A DNA stretch of 64,000 bases. Origin: Octopus sinensis. Its lineage: Eukaryota. The position numbers and the translations under genes are program-made. Positions 37,585 to 52,041 of this stretch are shown here, one piece after another. How positions within the stretch are numbered: the stretch's first letter is position 1; every line of letters begins with the position of its first letter. A model generated the notes under the pieces. That model saw nothing but the letters and a program-made list of their open reading frames with translations. It was not told the origin of the DNA and ran no database searches. The stretch lies in NCBI RefSeq assembly GCF_006345805.1, contig NC_043021.1, forward strand, positions 558,001 to 622,000, in the 5' to 3' direction.

Positions 37585-40500
37585 CTTGCTGTCTAATGTT
37601 GCCAACATTGAATGTTAGATGTATTTTCCGATAAATTACTGACTGTTATAAACCACTTTAGATTTATTGATAATCCACCAAACAAACTCAGCAACTATTC
37701 CTGACCAAGATTTATTGAACTGTCAGTCGAAACTCAACTCTTCCAGTAATTCTAAACTTAAAATAAGCTATTTCTTGTTTCCATCATCATTCCTAAGCCA
37801 CTCGACTAAAATTGCTTTCCTCAGCAATCAGCTACAACATGCCAATGTTTGTGGTAGAGAGAGTCTATTGTGTGTGTGTGTCTATAGATAGTGTTCAGTG
37901 TGAAAGGGGATTATGCTGTGTACAAGGTGGACATCAGACACTGAAAAAAATTAGTAAAACAGTCCAGTTCAAGGGAACTAGTAATAACCAGCAGAGGTAA
38001 AAAGTAATACAAAGATTTAGGAGTTATTGGTTGATTTATTATAATAAACTACTTGACTATACTGTATGCTAGTGAACATCAAACATTGTAGTGAACTAGT
38101 TCACTATATCATACACCTGGTTGGTGAACATCATTGAAGTGAAGTAGCTAACTACATCAAACAGAAGATGAAGATCAAACATTGTAGAAGTAATTAACTA
38201 TAATATACAGCTAGTGGTGACAGGGGGGGAGCACGTGTGTGTGTGTGTGTGTGTGTGACAATAATTCAAAAGTGATAAATTGGAACTGAACTTGTATTGT
38301 TTTGTTTCATTTGTTATTATTCCTTCCAAAATAGGGAAGGACAGTGCTGAACCTGCTAGAAATAGCAGTCGTCAAATTATACCCTTTTACTTTAAATAAG
38401 AAGAGAACACTTTAGGCAATGCAATCCTACAATGTCTTGAAAATTACAGGATAGTCATGCTTGGATTACTTTTGAATATAGGTCAGCTTGACCACAGTTG
38501 ACCTGGGGATAAAAAAAAAAAACACTGACAAATTCAACATAAATGTTGTTGTTGTCTAGTGTCAGTCTAACCAAGTTCAAACAGATCTATGATCAAAGAC
38601 ATTCTAGCTATGACCACTCCACCTGTTTTTATTCAGATATAGTGTAACTAGCACTACAATATCCAGTGTATCCTATTTTAAGACAGAGGTGATCTGAGTG
38701 AGTGCTTTTGACAGCTATTTCTAGAAAACTCGACAACCATGTATAGACTCCCTTATTGTCTCACAAACATTAACCCCTTCATACATAAACTCCTCACCAC
38801 CACCACCACTACCACCACAACCATCTACTAAACAAAAGAAAAGAAGAGGAAGGCAGTCAGAAACCAGAATTCGTTCCCATCTCATTAAATATTTTCATCA
38901 AACTATTATATAAGGGGCGTTTTTATGACCCATTCACCCATATTTATTTTTCTTGTTAATTAATTAGGCTACTTGCAATTAAATGCTAGTAGAACTTTCA
39001 TGTAAGTGTTTCCTTCAGTTTTGTAGTCCTAGTGGCACCCATCTCCTGGGGGAGATGGGTGCCACACACTCTAAAGAGGCTTATCTATCTTTGATAGGTT
39101 TTTCTCACCAACCCTTCTCATAGGGAAAGGTCAGAAGAGGACTAGTTTGGTTGGTGACCACTTGACTATGAAAGGTTGCATTGGTTACAAATAGCAGGTT
39201 TCTATCAACCTGTAATGGAACTGCTCCTGATCTCTCTCTCTCTCACACACTTGGTAGCTCCAATAGGTGACTTGGTTTGATATCCTCTCTCGGTTCTAGT
39301 GTGTCTTTAACAATGGAACCACACTCCTGCTCCCTCCCCACCAATGACCAGCAAATACCATGGGCTTTGCCCCCTCTCATTAAAACCTACACAGATTATA
39401 TAATCCAGGATGCATAACAAATGACAACCTTGTCTGTATCATTAATATATAATATGAAACTTTATAATGCATGTGTCCACACACACACACACACACACAC
39501 ACATGACCAGTAAAATACCTACATAAATGTGCACACACAGAAACAGCAGCAGCAAAGTCGCACAAATGCACACACACTCATAAAACAATACTAAAACTCC
39601 ACTGGACACACATGTACAACAATAAGGGCATAATGCACACACACACACACACACACACACACAACACTGACCTCCATAATATTGATACAAACTTATTGAT
39701 TTCTATCACATATAATGTCATTGAATTATAGTTTTTATCCCATTCTGTTGATGATCAACATTGATATAGGGGTGGGGTGTTGACAGTGAGGTGGGGAGAC
39801 AGAGATGTAGTGGCAGGTTGGGTGGGGGTGGATACAATGGGGAGAGGAGAGCTGATTTGTTTGTAATGTCTCCTCCCCCTTCACAGACAAATACACTGAT
39901 GGGTTTTATAATGGTGTGTGTGAGAGTGTGATAGTATAAACACCCGGTTTGTTGATATGAGACATGGCTGGATGAGGAAGGAGAGGAAATCATCATCATC
40001 ATTATTGTCAAAGAGTCGTCAGCAAAGGAACCTCTTCGTGGTTGTTTGACCTGCCAGAAATAGCAGTCAAATTTCCTTTGGCTCATATGTTATTGTATTT
40101 AGGAAAATAAAGAAAAAGTAGGAGTTGGTCACAATTGGGATGCTGCTGAATTACAGCAGGCCTGGGGTTAAACAACAGCACTAGCAGCTTCATCATCATC
40201 ATCATCATCATCACTAGAAAGATAAATAGTATGATCTTCATCTTCAGTGAAGTGTTGAGATGTGATGACAACATGTAATGATATTTAGCAGTTGAGAGTC
40301 TGATTGGGAGGCCAGGATATGATCACATGGTTGTCAAGGTAACAAACAAACATAGATGTGTATGAAATGTCACATAATAGATGATGTGCTTATTAAAAAT
40401 ATAAGCTCTTAATGTTAACGAACACAATAAATATAATTACACACTGAGTATCGTCAGCCTGTTGACACAGAGTACTGCTTTGGCAGATACTCTCAGTTTC

Positions 40501-41181
40501 AAGGCTGGAGATGGTGGTGGTGGGGTGGGGTTGAATATAGAGAAAGAAGATTTACTTCTTGTTCACATGTGAACCCTACATCTCCCAAGCCACTTGTGTG
40601 TGTGTGGTTCCCAATGTAACCCTGAGCTTCAGGGTTTCAATTCCAGTGTATCAACAAAGACATGTGTCCCTTTCAGCTGGTAATCACGACTATCACTACT
40701 ACTGCAGTGACAATACACCACCAACACCACCACCACCACCACCGCCACCAACACCATCATCATCATCATGGTGATCATCATATAGACTCAGAAGTTGCTA
40801 CTGTAACTGGTTATTTTTTTCACATAACATACACAAGCACACATACACATAATACACGCATGCATATATGTACATACACACACATCTGTATATACACATA
40901 AAACATACACATATATAAACACACACATTACACACAAACACACATACATATGCATATACACACACAAAACTATCTTTCATCATTTCTCAGTCTTCTATGT
41001 TTTTTTTATATCAGTTTATACTGATAGTGATGGAAACGGTGGTGGTGGTGGTGGTAATAGTAGTGGTGGACATTGAGCCCCTTTTTCCATTACTGACCCC
41101 CACCCCACCTCCTCACTGAACCCATTGCTAACCTTCCCCCCCCCCGTCACTCCCCACAGTCCAGCAACAAAAACTACTTAC

Positions 41182-41282
41182 AATTTCGTAGAAGACACAT
41201 TCTATAGAATCCGAATTGTCACGGAGTAAGAACTGTCTGCCAGACAGGTTCCGGTCAGGAAGAACGGCAGAATCCAGCACAC
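41182..41282 (-). CDS. SPATA22: SPATA22 OB-fold exon
   Basis: 101 nt, acceptor ttctgtattgtag|, donor |GTAAGT; encodes (G)VLDSAVLPDRNLSGRQFLLRDNSDSIECVFYEI vs recalled human VLDSAVTPGPYYSKTFLMRDGKNTLPCVFYEI. Confidence 0.93.
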
Positions 41283-41290
41283 CTACAATA

Positions 41291-41602
41291 CAGAAAGGAG
41301 TATATTAAGATATTAACAGCAGGGAGGAGTATTCAGGTATAAGCAGTAGAGAGGAGTATTTAAGATATCAGCAAGAGAGAGGAGTATTTAAGAGATTAGC
41401 AGGAGAGAAGAGTATCTAAGGGATTAGCAGGAGAGAGGAGTATTTTGATATTAGCAGTAGAGAGGAATATTTAAGAGATTAGCAGGAAAGAGGAGTATTT
41501 AACAGATTAGCAGTAGAGGGGAGTATTTAAGAGATTAATAAGGGAGAAGAGTATTTAAGAGATTAGTAAAAAAGAGGAGTATTTAAGAGATTAGCAGGAG
41601 AA
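41291..41602. repeat. 28-bp minisatellite, about 11 degenerate copies
   Basis: Consensus GAGGAGTATTTAAGAGATTAGCAGGAGA with period 28. Confidence 0.9.
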
Positions 41603-43152
41603 TGAATATAGTAACATACCCAAATGTAAAAGTACTCTTGTCTGCTGCTAATCTCTTGATCCATATCAATTCCAACTGTTAGTCACAGAAGGAAGCCTAA
41701 CTCTTCAGCTTTCAGGTCGCTCACTCAAATGTAATGCATAATTATTCATATTGTTTGGAAATTAATCATACATTCTCTCATAGCTTTGAAATTTTGATGA
41801 TATGGGTGTATATTTTAAAAATGACATTGTAGGGTAGGTGTGAGAGGCTAGATCTGGCCAGTTTGAAACCGGTAGGATATTTGGGTCGGATGTGGCCTGT
41901 TTAAATGCTAAAGAGTTAAAGAACACATGTAGCAATAGATGTGTTACGTTTAACTGTGGCAGGGTTGAGATATGTCAAATGAATTTTATAATAACAGCAC
42001 CAGGATTTGAACCCAAAACCTTAAAGTCAATCACTTCAACCACCCCTCATCTCTCTGAACTATTTGGTTGCTTTCCTTTATTGTTTTTTTATTTCCATGT
42101 TCTCCATGACAACAAAACGGTTTGTAGTGGTTATTGTAGTCTTTGTTGTGTTTAGCCTATATTAGGCCCGGTTGAGTACACCTAGTCCCCGTTTGTAAGG
42201 CTACAGTAACACGATTTGAAGGAGAGTTGACTAACTTGATAAAACCTGAGACACTGTGCTATATCCATGTCAATCATCGAACTTGACTCTTTACCAGTTG
42301 TGCCACTATCACCACCACTATCACCATCATCATCATCATCTATGTAAAAATTAATGAACTGACATCTTCATCATAATTTGTTGGCAATGCAAAGGAGAAG
42401 CCAGCAGATCGTTTCGACAATACTTACAGAACAAACATCAAAAATTGATTAACCTCAATAGAAGAGATTAGAAAGTCAATTATCATTGATGGACTGACCA
42501 TACAGCTGATCATACGTTTCAGATTTCATTTCCTTTGTGTATCAATAGTGAAGAAATGGAGCCAACACAGATACATATACATACATTTGTATGTGTGTGT
42601 GTGTGTATATCTATCTATCTATCTAAATATATATATATATATATATATATAAACATATAGACAGATACATTGTAAATAGCAAAATGTTGAGTGGCTTCAA
42701 GACAGGGAATTGGTGTCCTGCTGTTGCTTCAAATTACAGCACTGCCAAGGCTACTAAATGTCACTAATTGCAGCACTGACGAAGATACTAAACGACATAA
42801 AAGCATCAGCCATTATTACCGATGCTCCAGTGCCGCAGAAAGATTCAAAGTGCAACAACAGACAATAGGTATTTATGGCTGCTGGATATTCTTCATGTGT
42901 GGAAGTGGTTTCAGGTAGGCTTAGTGGTCTGAAGTCTAAGAAAAATCTTCCACTCAGTGATAATCCCTAGTAATAAATGCAGCTCATGTCAAGCTCGTTA
43001 GTGTAAGTGTTCAGTAATTCAGATTAATTAGCACTTAGGTATCAGTTTAGCTGGAAATGATTCAGCTTTAAGAATTAGAAGCTGGAAAGCTTGCCAATGC
43101 AGCATAAATGGGCAAAGGTCCCTGCTAGAAACTAAAAAAGTTGTAGATATTG

Positions 43153-43386
43153 ATTTCTTTATTGCCCACAGGGGGCTAAACACAGAGGGGACAAACAAGG
43201 ACAGACAAAGGGATTAAGTCGATTACATCGACCCCAGTGTGTAACTGGTACTTATTTAATCGACCCCCCCAAAAGGATGAAAAGCAAAGCCGACCTCAGC
43301 GGAATTTGAACTCAGAACGTAACAGCAGACAAAATACTGCTAAGCATTTCGCCTGGCATGCTAACGATTCCGCCAGCTCACCACCC
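43153..43386 (-). mobile_element. tRNA-headed SINE (family B), full length
   Basis: Reverse complement gagctggcggaatcgttagc..gttctgagttcaaattcc..cctttcatcc..gtaccag..gggtcgat..cccctctgtgtttagcccc. Confidence 0.85.
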
Positions 43387-45555
43387 TAAAGTTGTGTGTA
43401 TTAATTAGCGAATACTGAAATAAAATTAAGACAGAGATAACTTGAAGGCAAAGTTCAAAGTGGAACATGGCAAGTAAGAACAGTACTTAATGAGATGCCT
43501 TCATTAATTCAACCTTACTGCTGCACTGCCTTACATAATTAAAACCCTTCAGTTGCTGGGAGAAACACAAGACATTAGATATGGTTGTTTGCAGAAAGTC
43601 TGTGCTAAAGCACTTTGATAAATTAATGAGTCTCTCCAAGGATTGAAAGAGAAATTAAGATGAGTTGAGGAAAAGATGAAGGAATGGCATATGGGGTTAG
43701 GAATAACTAAAACAAACTGTTATAAAATGGGGGGGGGGAGAGAGGTCAGCAGCTGAAATGATGAATCATTAATTGAAATATAATTCCGTTTATCTAATGG
43801 GGGGATATATTTCAGTTAAACATTGAAGACATTGCTTGGTTAAAACCGTAGAGGGATAAGATAAATTTTAAAAGAATTTCAATTTAAACTGGATTGTCTG
43901 AATTACATGGGTGGAGGGCATGAATAAGGAACAGATGCAGGTGAAAAATGGGGAACAGTTGAACAAAGAGCACAATTGATAGACTAAGTGAGACAACAAT
44001 AACATCATGGCGCATTATGCTGTTGTAGGGGTGGGGTGTTAGGTAGTATATTAATTTACCATATAAAACAGGGATAATTACAAAGAACTTGAGATAATTT
44101 AGCAGTGAATTGTTAGGAAAAGAGAACTGAAATAACTACATTGTTATTACAACTTTAACCAATCTTACACCAAATGACCACCACTACTGACTGGGTTTGT
44201 TTCTACTGATTGAGAGAAATTGAAACATTTTCCTTGTAACAGTGTTATATAATGTAGTGTAATGGTGAACATGTTAATGTGCTAGTATAAGTAATGGAGA
44301 TAGGTAGGTAGTAGTATAAGTGAGAACGACCAGTCTCCATGGTTACAAACAAAAGGTGTAACATAAAATAGGTGTTGTTGTTTAGCCGTAGGTCAGCACT
44401 GAACCAACAGACCAATGGCTAAAGACATTACAGCCATGACCATCCTGTCTATTTACACTTAGTTCATCTCAGATTATGTTGTCCAATATGTCTGTCCTGT
44501 TTCATGACTAAGATGTGATTTGGGAGACATTGCTTCTGTTTTCAGCAGACCGAGCAACCACATAGAGGTTCCATAGTTGGTTTGTCAGAACAGCAGTGAA
44601 CAAGGGCACAATGAACAACAGGAAGCAAGGGGCACAGCAAAAAGAAGTGGGAACCTGAGGCACCAGTAGGTATCCACAGACCTCTCCCTACAGCAGTCGT
44701 TCTCAACCCTTTTTCTTTTTCCCCTATGGACCCCTTTCGTTCCTATTCTACTCTTCTAAAACCCCATAACCACTTGATGCTTTAAAAATTCCATTATGCT
44801 TTTATAATTAAACATTTTGTAGAAATAAGACCAATTAATTGCAGATAAACTTTAGCAACAAAATCTTATGTGGATCCCACCCCCACCCGCCTCCGCCCTA
44901 CAGAGGGCCATATGGACTCCTGTTGGGAGCCACTGCTTTATATTGTAATAAAAGAATCTTTTCACTAATTTTACCAAATCTTCAAATGAAACCAACAATA
45001 ACAGTTCATCTCTCCTTCTTCACTACAAACCAATTCTATTCGATAGTTGTCCTGTGCCCCAACAGAAGTGAATCTCTACAAAGTCACTCAATCTGCTAGA
45101 AATAGCAGTTAAACCACACTCTACTATTTGGATATGTCGTCTAGGTAAATTATGTTTGAAAAATAAAATGGCAGGAATATCACAGCTGGACTGTCTTTGA
45201 TCATAGGTCTCCTAGATCAGAGATGAACCAGGTGCAGTGCAGGGGATCGGGGTTAAATGACAACGAGTAGTTGTTATTCTTGTCCTATTTCAATGGTTAA
45301 GGTGTAAATGTGTGGGTGAGGATGTATCTTCTTTTTCTACTTGCCCCTGCAACACTGAAACCCCACCCTGACCACCCACTCAATACCAGGCTGGACATTG
45401 CATTGGTGATCAGAAGGTGTTCATTCCTTACAGAACTCTCTCGTAAAGTGTAAGGGTAGGGAGAGATATAGTTCAAATCAAACTGACTCCTAACAAAAGC
45501 TGAGATAACAAACAGGATTTTCCTTCAAATAAAAACTAAGTCAATATTTACTTAC

Positions 45556-45715
45556 CATAAACTTCACAGATGATATGAAATTTCTCTTTGTACTTCGAGT
45601 AGTTATTTTTCAGTTCTTTGATAAAAGTTGTAAAGATGGGGTTGATGGGACTGAGTGCTTTCTCTGTAGGTCTTTCCTTCTTATTGGCTGTGGTGGCCAC
45701 GCCACTCACATTAAC
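45556..45715 (-). CDS. SPATA22: SPATA22 exon leading into the OB fold
   Basis: 160 nt, acceptor tttgttctgcag|, donor G|GTAAGT; encodes VNVSGVATTANKKERPTEKALSPINPIFTTFIKELKNNYSKYKEKFHIICEVY(G); phase 0 in, phase 1 out, matching neighbours. Confidence 0.85.
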
Positions 45716-47640
45716 CTGCAGAACAAACAAAACAAGAACCAACTGCAAACAGTGTTTAAAGAAATCACAAAAATGAGTTTGAAGAAAGTGTGACAGAGTC
45801 AACAGTTCAATTATTTAGAAAATCTAGGGTTTTTTTTGTTTTTTTTGCTTCTTTTTATTTTAGGTGGGATTGTATTCAAAGAAGGGGTCAAATAGAAATT
45901 TTCCTTAAAATAGTTTTAGAAAGAAATTAAAAACCAAAAATGAATAAATAAACAAAAGTGGTTGAAATTAATTATTGCAGTTGTTGTTGCTATGTTGAGG
46001 GAAACAAGTTAAAGGATTTCCGTGTGAGTAATGTTGTTTTGGAATGTAAATCAAACACGTAAACGGTTCTGATTAGAGAAGATGGTTCAATTGATTCAAT
46101 GAGGGAAATAGCACAGTGCTGGGATTGGCTGAAACAGGGAACGAAATAAAAAGAACCAATATAATTCTATGGCATTTCTGAAGCAAGAAGCATGACTGTG
46201 AGGTCATGTATAGAAGCAGACATGGCTGTGTTGTAAGACGTTTGCTTCGCAAGCACATGGCTTTGGGTTCAGTCCCATTGCATGGCACCTTGGGCAAATG
46301 TCTTCTACTATGACACCGTGGCTTAGTGGTAGGGTGTTTGGCACATGATTGTAAGATCATAATTTCAATTCCTGGTGGTGCATTGCGCCCTTGAGCTCCA
46401 GTCCACTCAGCTGACAAAAATGTGTTGTACCTGTATTTAAAAGGGCCAGCCTTGTAACATTCAGTATCACGGTGAATCTTCCTGAAAACTATATTAATGG
46501 TATATGTGTCTGTGGAATACTCAGCCACTTGCACATTAATTTCTCATCACCATAAGTGACAGAGTGCCAGTTACTTTACGTAATGTGGGTGTGTGTGTGT
46601 GTTACTGCCTCCTTGTCTCGGCTGCTGTAAATGAGTGCCACCATCATGCAAGTGGTTTCCAAGGTTCTGTGGAAACATTTCCAGTCATGGTGGAATATTT
46701 ACCTTGGAAAAAGTTAAAGGCTGGTGGCAGGAAGAGCACCTGACTGTGGAAAATCTGCCTTAATAAATTTTGTCTGACCCATGTGAGGTCAACTGTGCCT
46801 TTCATCTTTCTGGCGAGGGAACACTAAGGGCGATTTAATTGACTTAGGTTCCCCCCCCCCGTAAATAAAAACTGCTGGCGTTGTGCCAAAATTTGAAACC
46901 AATATAAGATTTCCTTGTCAACAGATACAAGTGTTTTGGAGACAGAAACTTTAGTGGTCATCATGATTTTCAGTCATCCTCATCACCTTTCTTAAGTCCA
47001 TCTCCCATGGACAATCTGACAACACCTGACAAATCAGAGGCCTGTGTTCTGTTCCAATGGATACCATTCCTATCATCACCCACTTCACAAAGTGTACTGG
47101 ATGCTTTTTTTTTTCATAGCACCAGCTCTAATCAGGTCGTCATGTAGCTCACAAGACTAGGACACATTTCAAGTGAGTGGTGCTAGAGAAGAGAGGGAGT
47201 TCACTCTATGCCAGGGGATGAGGTTAAAGTATGAAAGAAGATCTTTAATGGGTTTCTTGCTGTAGAGGAGACACATAGGAATAACTGCCAGGCTGTCTCA
47301 TTCCCCCCCCTTTTTTTACCCTGATCTGTGCTTGCTGAAATGTTTTTCCTTTTATATGGTTGGCTTGATATCCTTCCAATGAAATCCAACCAAAACATAA
47401 TATTCAATAAAAATTTTTTTCCCAAAAATTAACACGCCTTAGGTAAGTTCATTTTACACAAACAAGCAAAAATAACATCCAGTTTCTGAAAAATACTTAG
47501 AAACCTTCGCCATCTAAAATCCAACAGAGAGAACACATACACACACACAAAATAAAGACATGTCCATTCAACCTGACTACCATAACAACAACAACATTAA
47601 AACAAACCAAACAGTTATGAAATAATGTTGTTTTGTCAAT

Positions 47641-47848
47641 AAGGCAGCGAGCTGGCGGAAACGTTAGCACATCGGGTGACATGCTTAGTGATATTCCGTC
47701 TGTCTTTATGTTCTGAGTTCAAATACTGCCAAAATCGACTTTGCCTTTCATCCTTTCGGAATTGATAAATTAAGTACCAGTTGCATACTGGAATCGATCT
47801 AATCGACTGGTCTCCTCCCCAAAAAATTTCGGCCATGTGCCTAAAATA
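47641..47848 (+). mobile_element. SINE family B
   Basis: ggcagcgagctggcggaaacgttagc..ctgagttcaaat..taagtaccagttgcatactgg. Confidence 0.85.
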
Positions 47849-47898
47849 GAAAATATTGTTTTATCAATCAAAGTAAATAGAAAGAATGAAACTCTGAC

Positions 47899-48082
47899 CT
47901 TTGACGATGTGTTGGTCTGAGAATAGCTTGGACTGTGTTTAGGTTCATTACTTGGTCTATTGTTAAAGGCAGGTGCTACTTCGGCAACATTAGCTTCCTG
48001 AATAAATGATTCACCACCAAACATTTGAGGAGATGAGACAGATTTACAGGACTGAGCAGAAAATGACCAATTATAGGTTGAC
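47899..48082 (-). CDS. SPATA22: SPATA22 exon, low-complexity N-terminal region
   Basis: 184 nt open, acceptor ctcttttaattgtag|, donor AAG|GTCAGA; encodes STYNWSFSAQSCKSVSSPQMFGG...SYSQTNTSSK; phase 2 in, phase 0 out. Assigned by phase and position, not homology. Confidence 0.72.
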
Positions 48083-49286
48083 CTACAATTAAAAGAGAAA
48101 ACATTCAAACTGAAATTTTGACCTTTCACAGAGACAAAGAGCTTGGAGAGTCTTTACAGATTGTTACAGGAACACATTACATGACCAGTGATAATTGACA
48201 ACCTACTAACAATAGGAATATTTTATACTATTTTCATGTCATAAAAGAGTGGATTAGCTAGGTTTACAAATTCAAATATTGAAAACAAGTTGCTGTTTGA
48301 AAAAATTGGTCTAGGATCACATGATCCAGAGAATTGCAACAGTGAGCTGTGAGAAATGAATTTACATGTATGACACGAGGAGTTGACACAAAGATTCCAT
48401 ACATGAAAGGCATTGATTGGTTTATGGCACCGAGACAGGCTGTGTGTGATTGGTGGAAATATGATGTGGGTTGCTTGTATTGTGCACCAATGGTAGAAGT
48501 GAATAAAGAAACACTTGCATTTGGGTTGCACAGTCACAACCAAAAAGGGAATTGGTTGAGGTCAAAGAAATGACATTGCTGTTATTGTTCGAATCAACAT
48601 GGAGGACAAAGAGACAGCTGATCAACAAGTGGGAATCCTTGATATCATCAACATTGTCATCGTCAGTGCTTTAATGTCTGTGTTGTAGAATAGACAGGAT
48701 GGGTGGGCAATATGGTTGGCAGGTGGCTGTTTCAATCCTCTGCTCTACACTTCACCCCTTCCATTCATGACTTTCTCTGCCAACTTCCATCATCAGCACA
48801 CAATACATTTAATGTTTTCACATCACTTGTCCAGACCACTTCAAACTACACTCAATTTGCTAAAAATAGCAGCCAGGTTGCCTTCAAATCGTATACCAAC
48901 ATCTATAAAATGGAAAAGCATGTTAGGTAATGTGGTCCTGGAGAAAGATGGGATGGTCACAGCAACAATAACAACAGTTAATTCAGCCATCTCTAATATA
49001 TATATAATACAAATAAGAAAATGGAGAAACAAATTCAGTTTGTTCATCAACTTACGGATATTATAATGTTGGATTATTTATTCATTATACAAATTAGAAC
49101 ATCAAAAGCATACAAAATATTATATAAATCAATAGTTAATATATTTATATATATATATATATATATATTGCCAACAAGAAATGAAGGAAACCAAATGACT
49201 CAAGAAGGAAACCAATATTCTTCACACAATCTAACTTGATGTTCCCCAGTTAGGGATTGTTAAAGGAAAGAAATGAAGTACAATAC

Positions 49287-49515
49287 CTGGCAGAAGAACT
49301 ATCTGTAGTTGGTTGTCTCGGGGAGTATCTCATGTTAGAGGTTGGAGGTGTGACTGGTGGTGGTTGTGGTGGTGGTGGTGCTGCTGCTGCCGCACGCTCC
49401 ATTGATTTCCTGCTCATCACACCAACATTATTATTGTTGTTGTTTTGTTGAATATGATACTGTCCCCTTTTTACAGGGCCAGATATTTTACTACCTGGGA
49501 TATTTCTTTCAATAC
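49287..49515 (-). CDS. SPATA22: SPATA22 exon, N/A/P-rich disordered region
   Basis: 229 nt open, acceptor cattgcag-type (atattgcag|), donor CAG|GTATTG; encodes IERNIPGSKISGPVKRGQYHIQQNNNNNNVGVMSRKSMERAAAAAPPPPQPPPVTPPTSNMRYSPRQPTTDSSSA; phase 1 in, phase 2 out. Confidence 0.7.
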
Positions 49516-49555
49516 CTGCAATATGAATACCAAAGAATTTTTGTGGTTACTGTAG

Positions 49556-49588
<33 letters not shown>

Positions 49589-50407
49589 TTTAGGTAGAGT
49601 GAAATGAGAAGTTGTGACATTCATGCACCTCTCAAGTGTAGTGTCTCTATAACTGAATCAGTTTCAACCAGGAATCAAAGATAGATCAGTGACATTTCTA
49701 GGGACACCACAATACTCATCCACTGTTGCTCCCTATATTCACTAATTGCTAATTAACACACTGCTGTACTCACAAATAAGAAACATCCGCACAGTGACGA
49801 GAGAGAGAGAGAGTCACACATTTCGGGAGGAGGTATTGTAGTTAATTCATTACTGCCAATACCCTGACCACTAGAAAATTTAGCAACATCAGATGTGGAC
49901 AGAGGTAGAGTTTGAAGCTTGGACATAACTAAATCCCTACCACATCCAACATTATTGCTTTTGATGACAATGAGGACAAAGATAATGGCGGTTGTGATGT
50001 CAATGCTATAGATGGTAAGTGGGAGATGCTGTTGATGCTGCTGCGGCTGATGATGATGATGACAATGAATTGTTAATATCCTACAGCAACTATTTTTAAA
50101 ACAAAAGTCTTTTAAATTGGTTAACAAGAAATCTTATTGATGTTTGTTTTCAGTTTAAGATTTGTCTCAAAACTGTTATCTGGAAAGACACGACTATAAC
50201 CACATTTTGTAGTGGCTCAGGGCAAGCAAAACCACCAACGGCAGTAGCAGCAGCAGCAACAGACAGACAGACAGACAGACTCTATAGAAAGCCTGTTTGT
50301 TTGGCACAGCAAGAACTATAAGAAAGATGCAGGACAACTGAGGTTGCTGGATACAACTTGATGGCTAGCAATTGGAATACTGGCAAAACAACAACAAATA
50401 TATGACG

Positions 50408-50442
<35 letters not shown>

Positions 50443-50749
50443 GTGGTGAAACTGGAGACATATTTTAAGCAAATGCAGCAAACTGGTCTTGAAAAAAATA
50501 CAAGAGAAGCCACGTGACAATGTCACCAGAATGGTTCATTAAGAATTATGGAACAAGTTGGGATTGGAAAAGGCAAGAAAATGGTGTGAACGTGAGCCAC
50601 CATGTCGTGCATATATGATTGTGATGCATGTGCCTAGTGCACCCTTATCAGATGGGTAGTCATGATGGGTATACTGGGCTTAGTATATTTTACCCCAGTG
50701 TAACTCTGACGGCAGGTACTGCTCTCTCATTCAATAATAATAATAATAA

Positions 50750-50945
50750 CAACCCTTTCTAATATAGGGCACAAGGCCTAAAATTTTGGTGGGGAGGGAG
50801 CCAGTCAATTAAATCGACCCCAGTATGCAAATGGTACTTAATTTATCGACCCCAAAAGGATGAAAAGCAAAGTCAACCTCAGCAGAATTTGAACTTAGAA
50901 TGTAGTGGTAAGCAACATACCACTAAGTATTTTGTCCAGCTTGCT
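50750..50945 (-). mobile_element. SINE family B
   Basis: aggcctaaaattttgg..atcgaccccag..ggatgaaaagcaaagtcaacctc..gaatttgaac. Confidence 0.75.
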
Positions 50946-52041
50946 GTCTTAATAATAATAAAAATAATAATGGTTGTGGTTTCTGCTTTAGGCACAAAGC
51001 TAACAGCTCTGAGGGAAAGGGGTCAGTCAATGCCTTCAACCCTAAAAAGACAAAAGGCAAAGAACTGAAACGAATGCAGCCAAGCATTGTTTCCAACACA
51101 AACAATTTTGTCAGCTTCAACAGCAGCCACAACAGCAGCTGGCAATAACGATAATGTTGGTGGTGATGATGTCCCTTTTTTTTATTTTTTATTCTAATGA
51201 ATTGGACAGAATTTGAACCCAGAAAGTAAAGAGACATGACTAAATAGTGCAAGGCAGTCAACCACCCTACCATTCCGACAATTCCATTAAACGTGAAGAG
51301 AAACAAAATCTTTATAAAGAATCCATTTTCCTTATCATGTCTCTTCATCAACAACAATGCATAAAATTAGATCAACCAAATAATATGAAATCTGTTGGTT
51401 TTAGTCACCTAACAAGTTGAGCCAGTGTTTAATAATTGTTATAATAATAATTAACTCGATCTACTTCAATGTTTTAAAGCTAATGAGAAAATAGCAAATG
51501 GTTTTGTTCCTTCTGCAATTAACTGCTGAAGCAATGATTTCTACATTTTGAAAATTCGCCAGTCAACTGTGATGTAAGAGAGATGATGGATAATTTCAAT
51601 TAAGGAGAAGCTACATCTATGGTGCCAGTAGGAGTCATTAAGTGCTGATGTTGTAAATAACAATTACTTGAGAAAACATAAAGCCTTACAAGTTCATAAA
51701 AGGCAAGTAAGAGTTTGTGATATTCATGCATTTCCCAACAGAATTAACAAATGAAGTGAAATTGTTCTTAATAGTGACTAGAAGCAGCAGTCTGTGGATA
51801 GTATATCAAAATATTATCTCTACTCCCTATGAATTTGCAGTCTTGCACCAATGTTAGAAATGACCTGTGAGTCAGAGAACAGGAATTGGAGAGGGAACTC
51901 GTCCTTTATCTTCAAGGAGATCTTGAATGGTGGGCTTCCATGACTATCCCTAGAGGTCCTCCCATATCAAGAATCAAATCATCCTCCTTTTTAACAGATG
52001 CATCTATTTTTTTAATGTTTTATTGTATACTTTCTTCAGCC

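Noticed and set aside
49863-50081. Possible extra SPATA22 exon (donor CAGG|GTATTG at 49862; ORF 49753-50127)
   Set aside because: The open frame needs a phase-2 entry that the upstream candidate exon (phase 1) does not give; the peptide has no homology. Not excluded as an alternative start (MSKLQTLP..).
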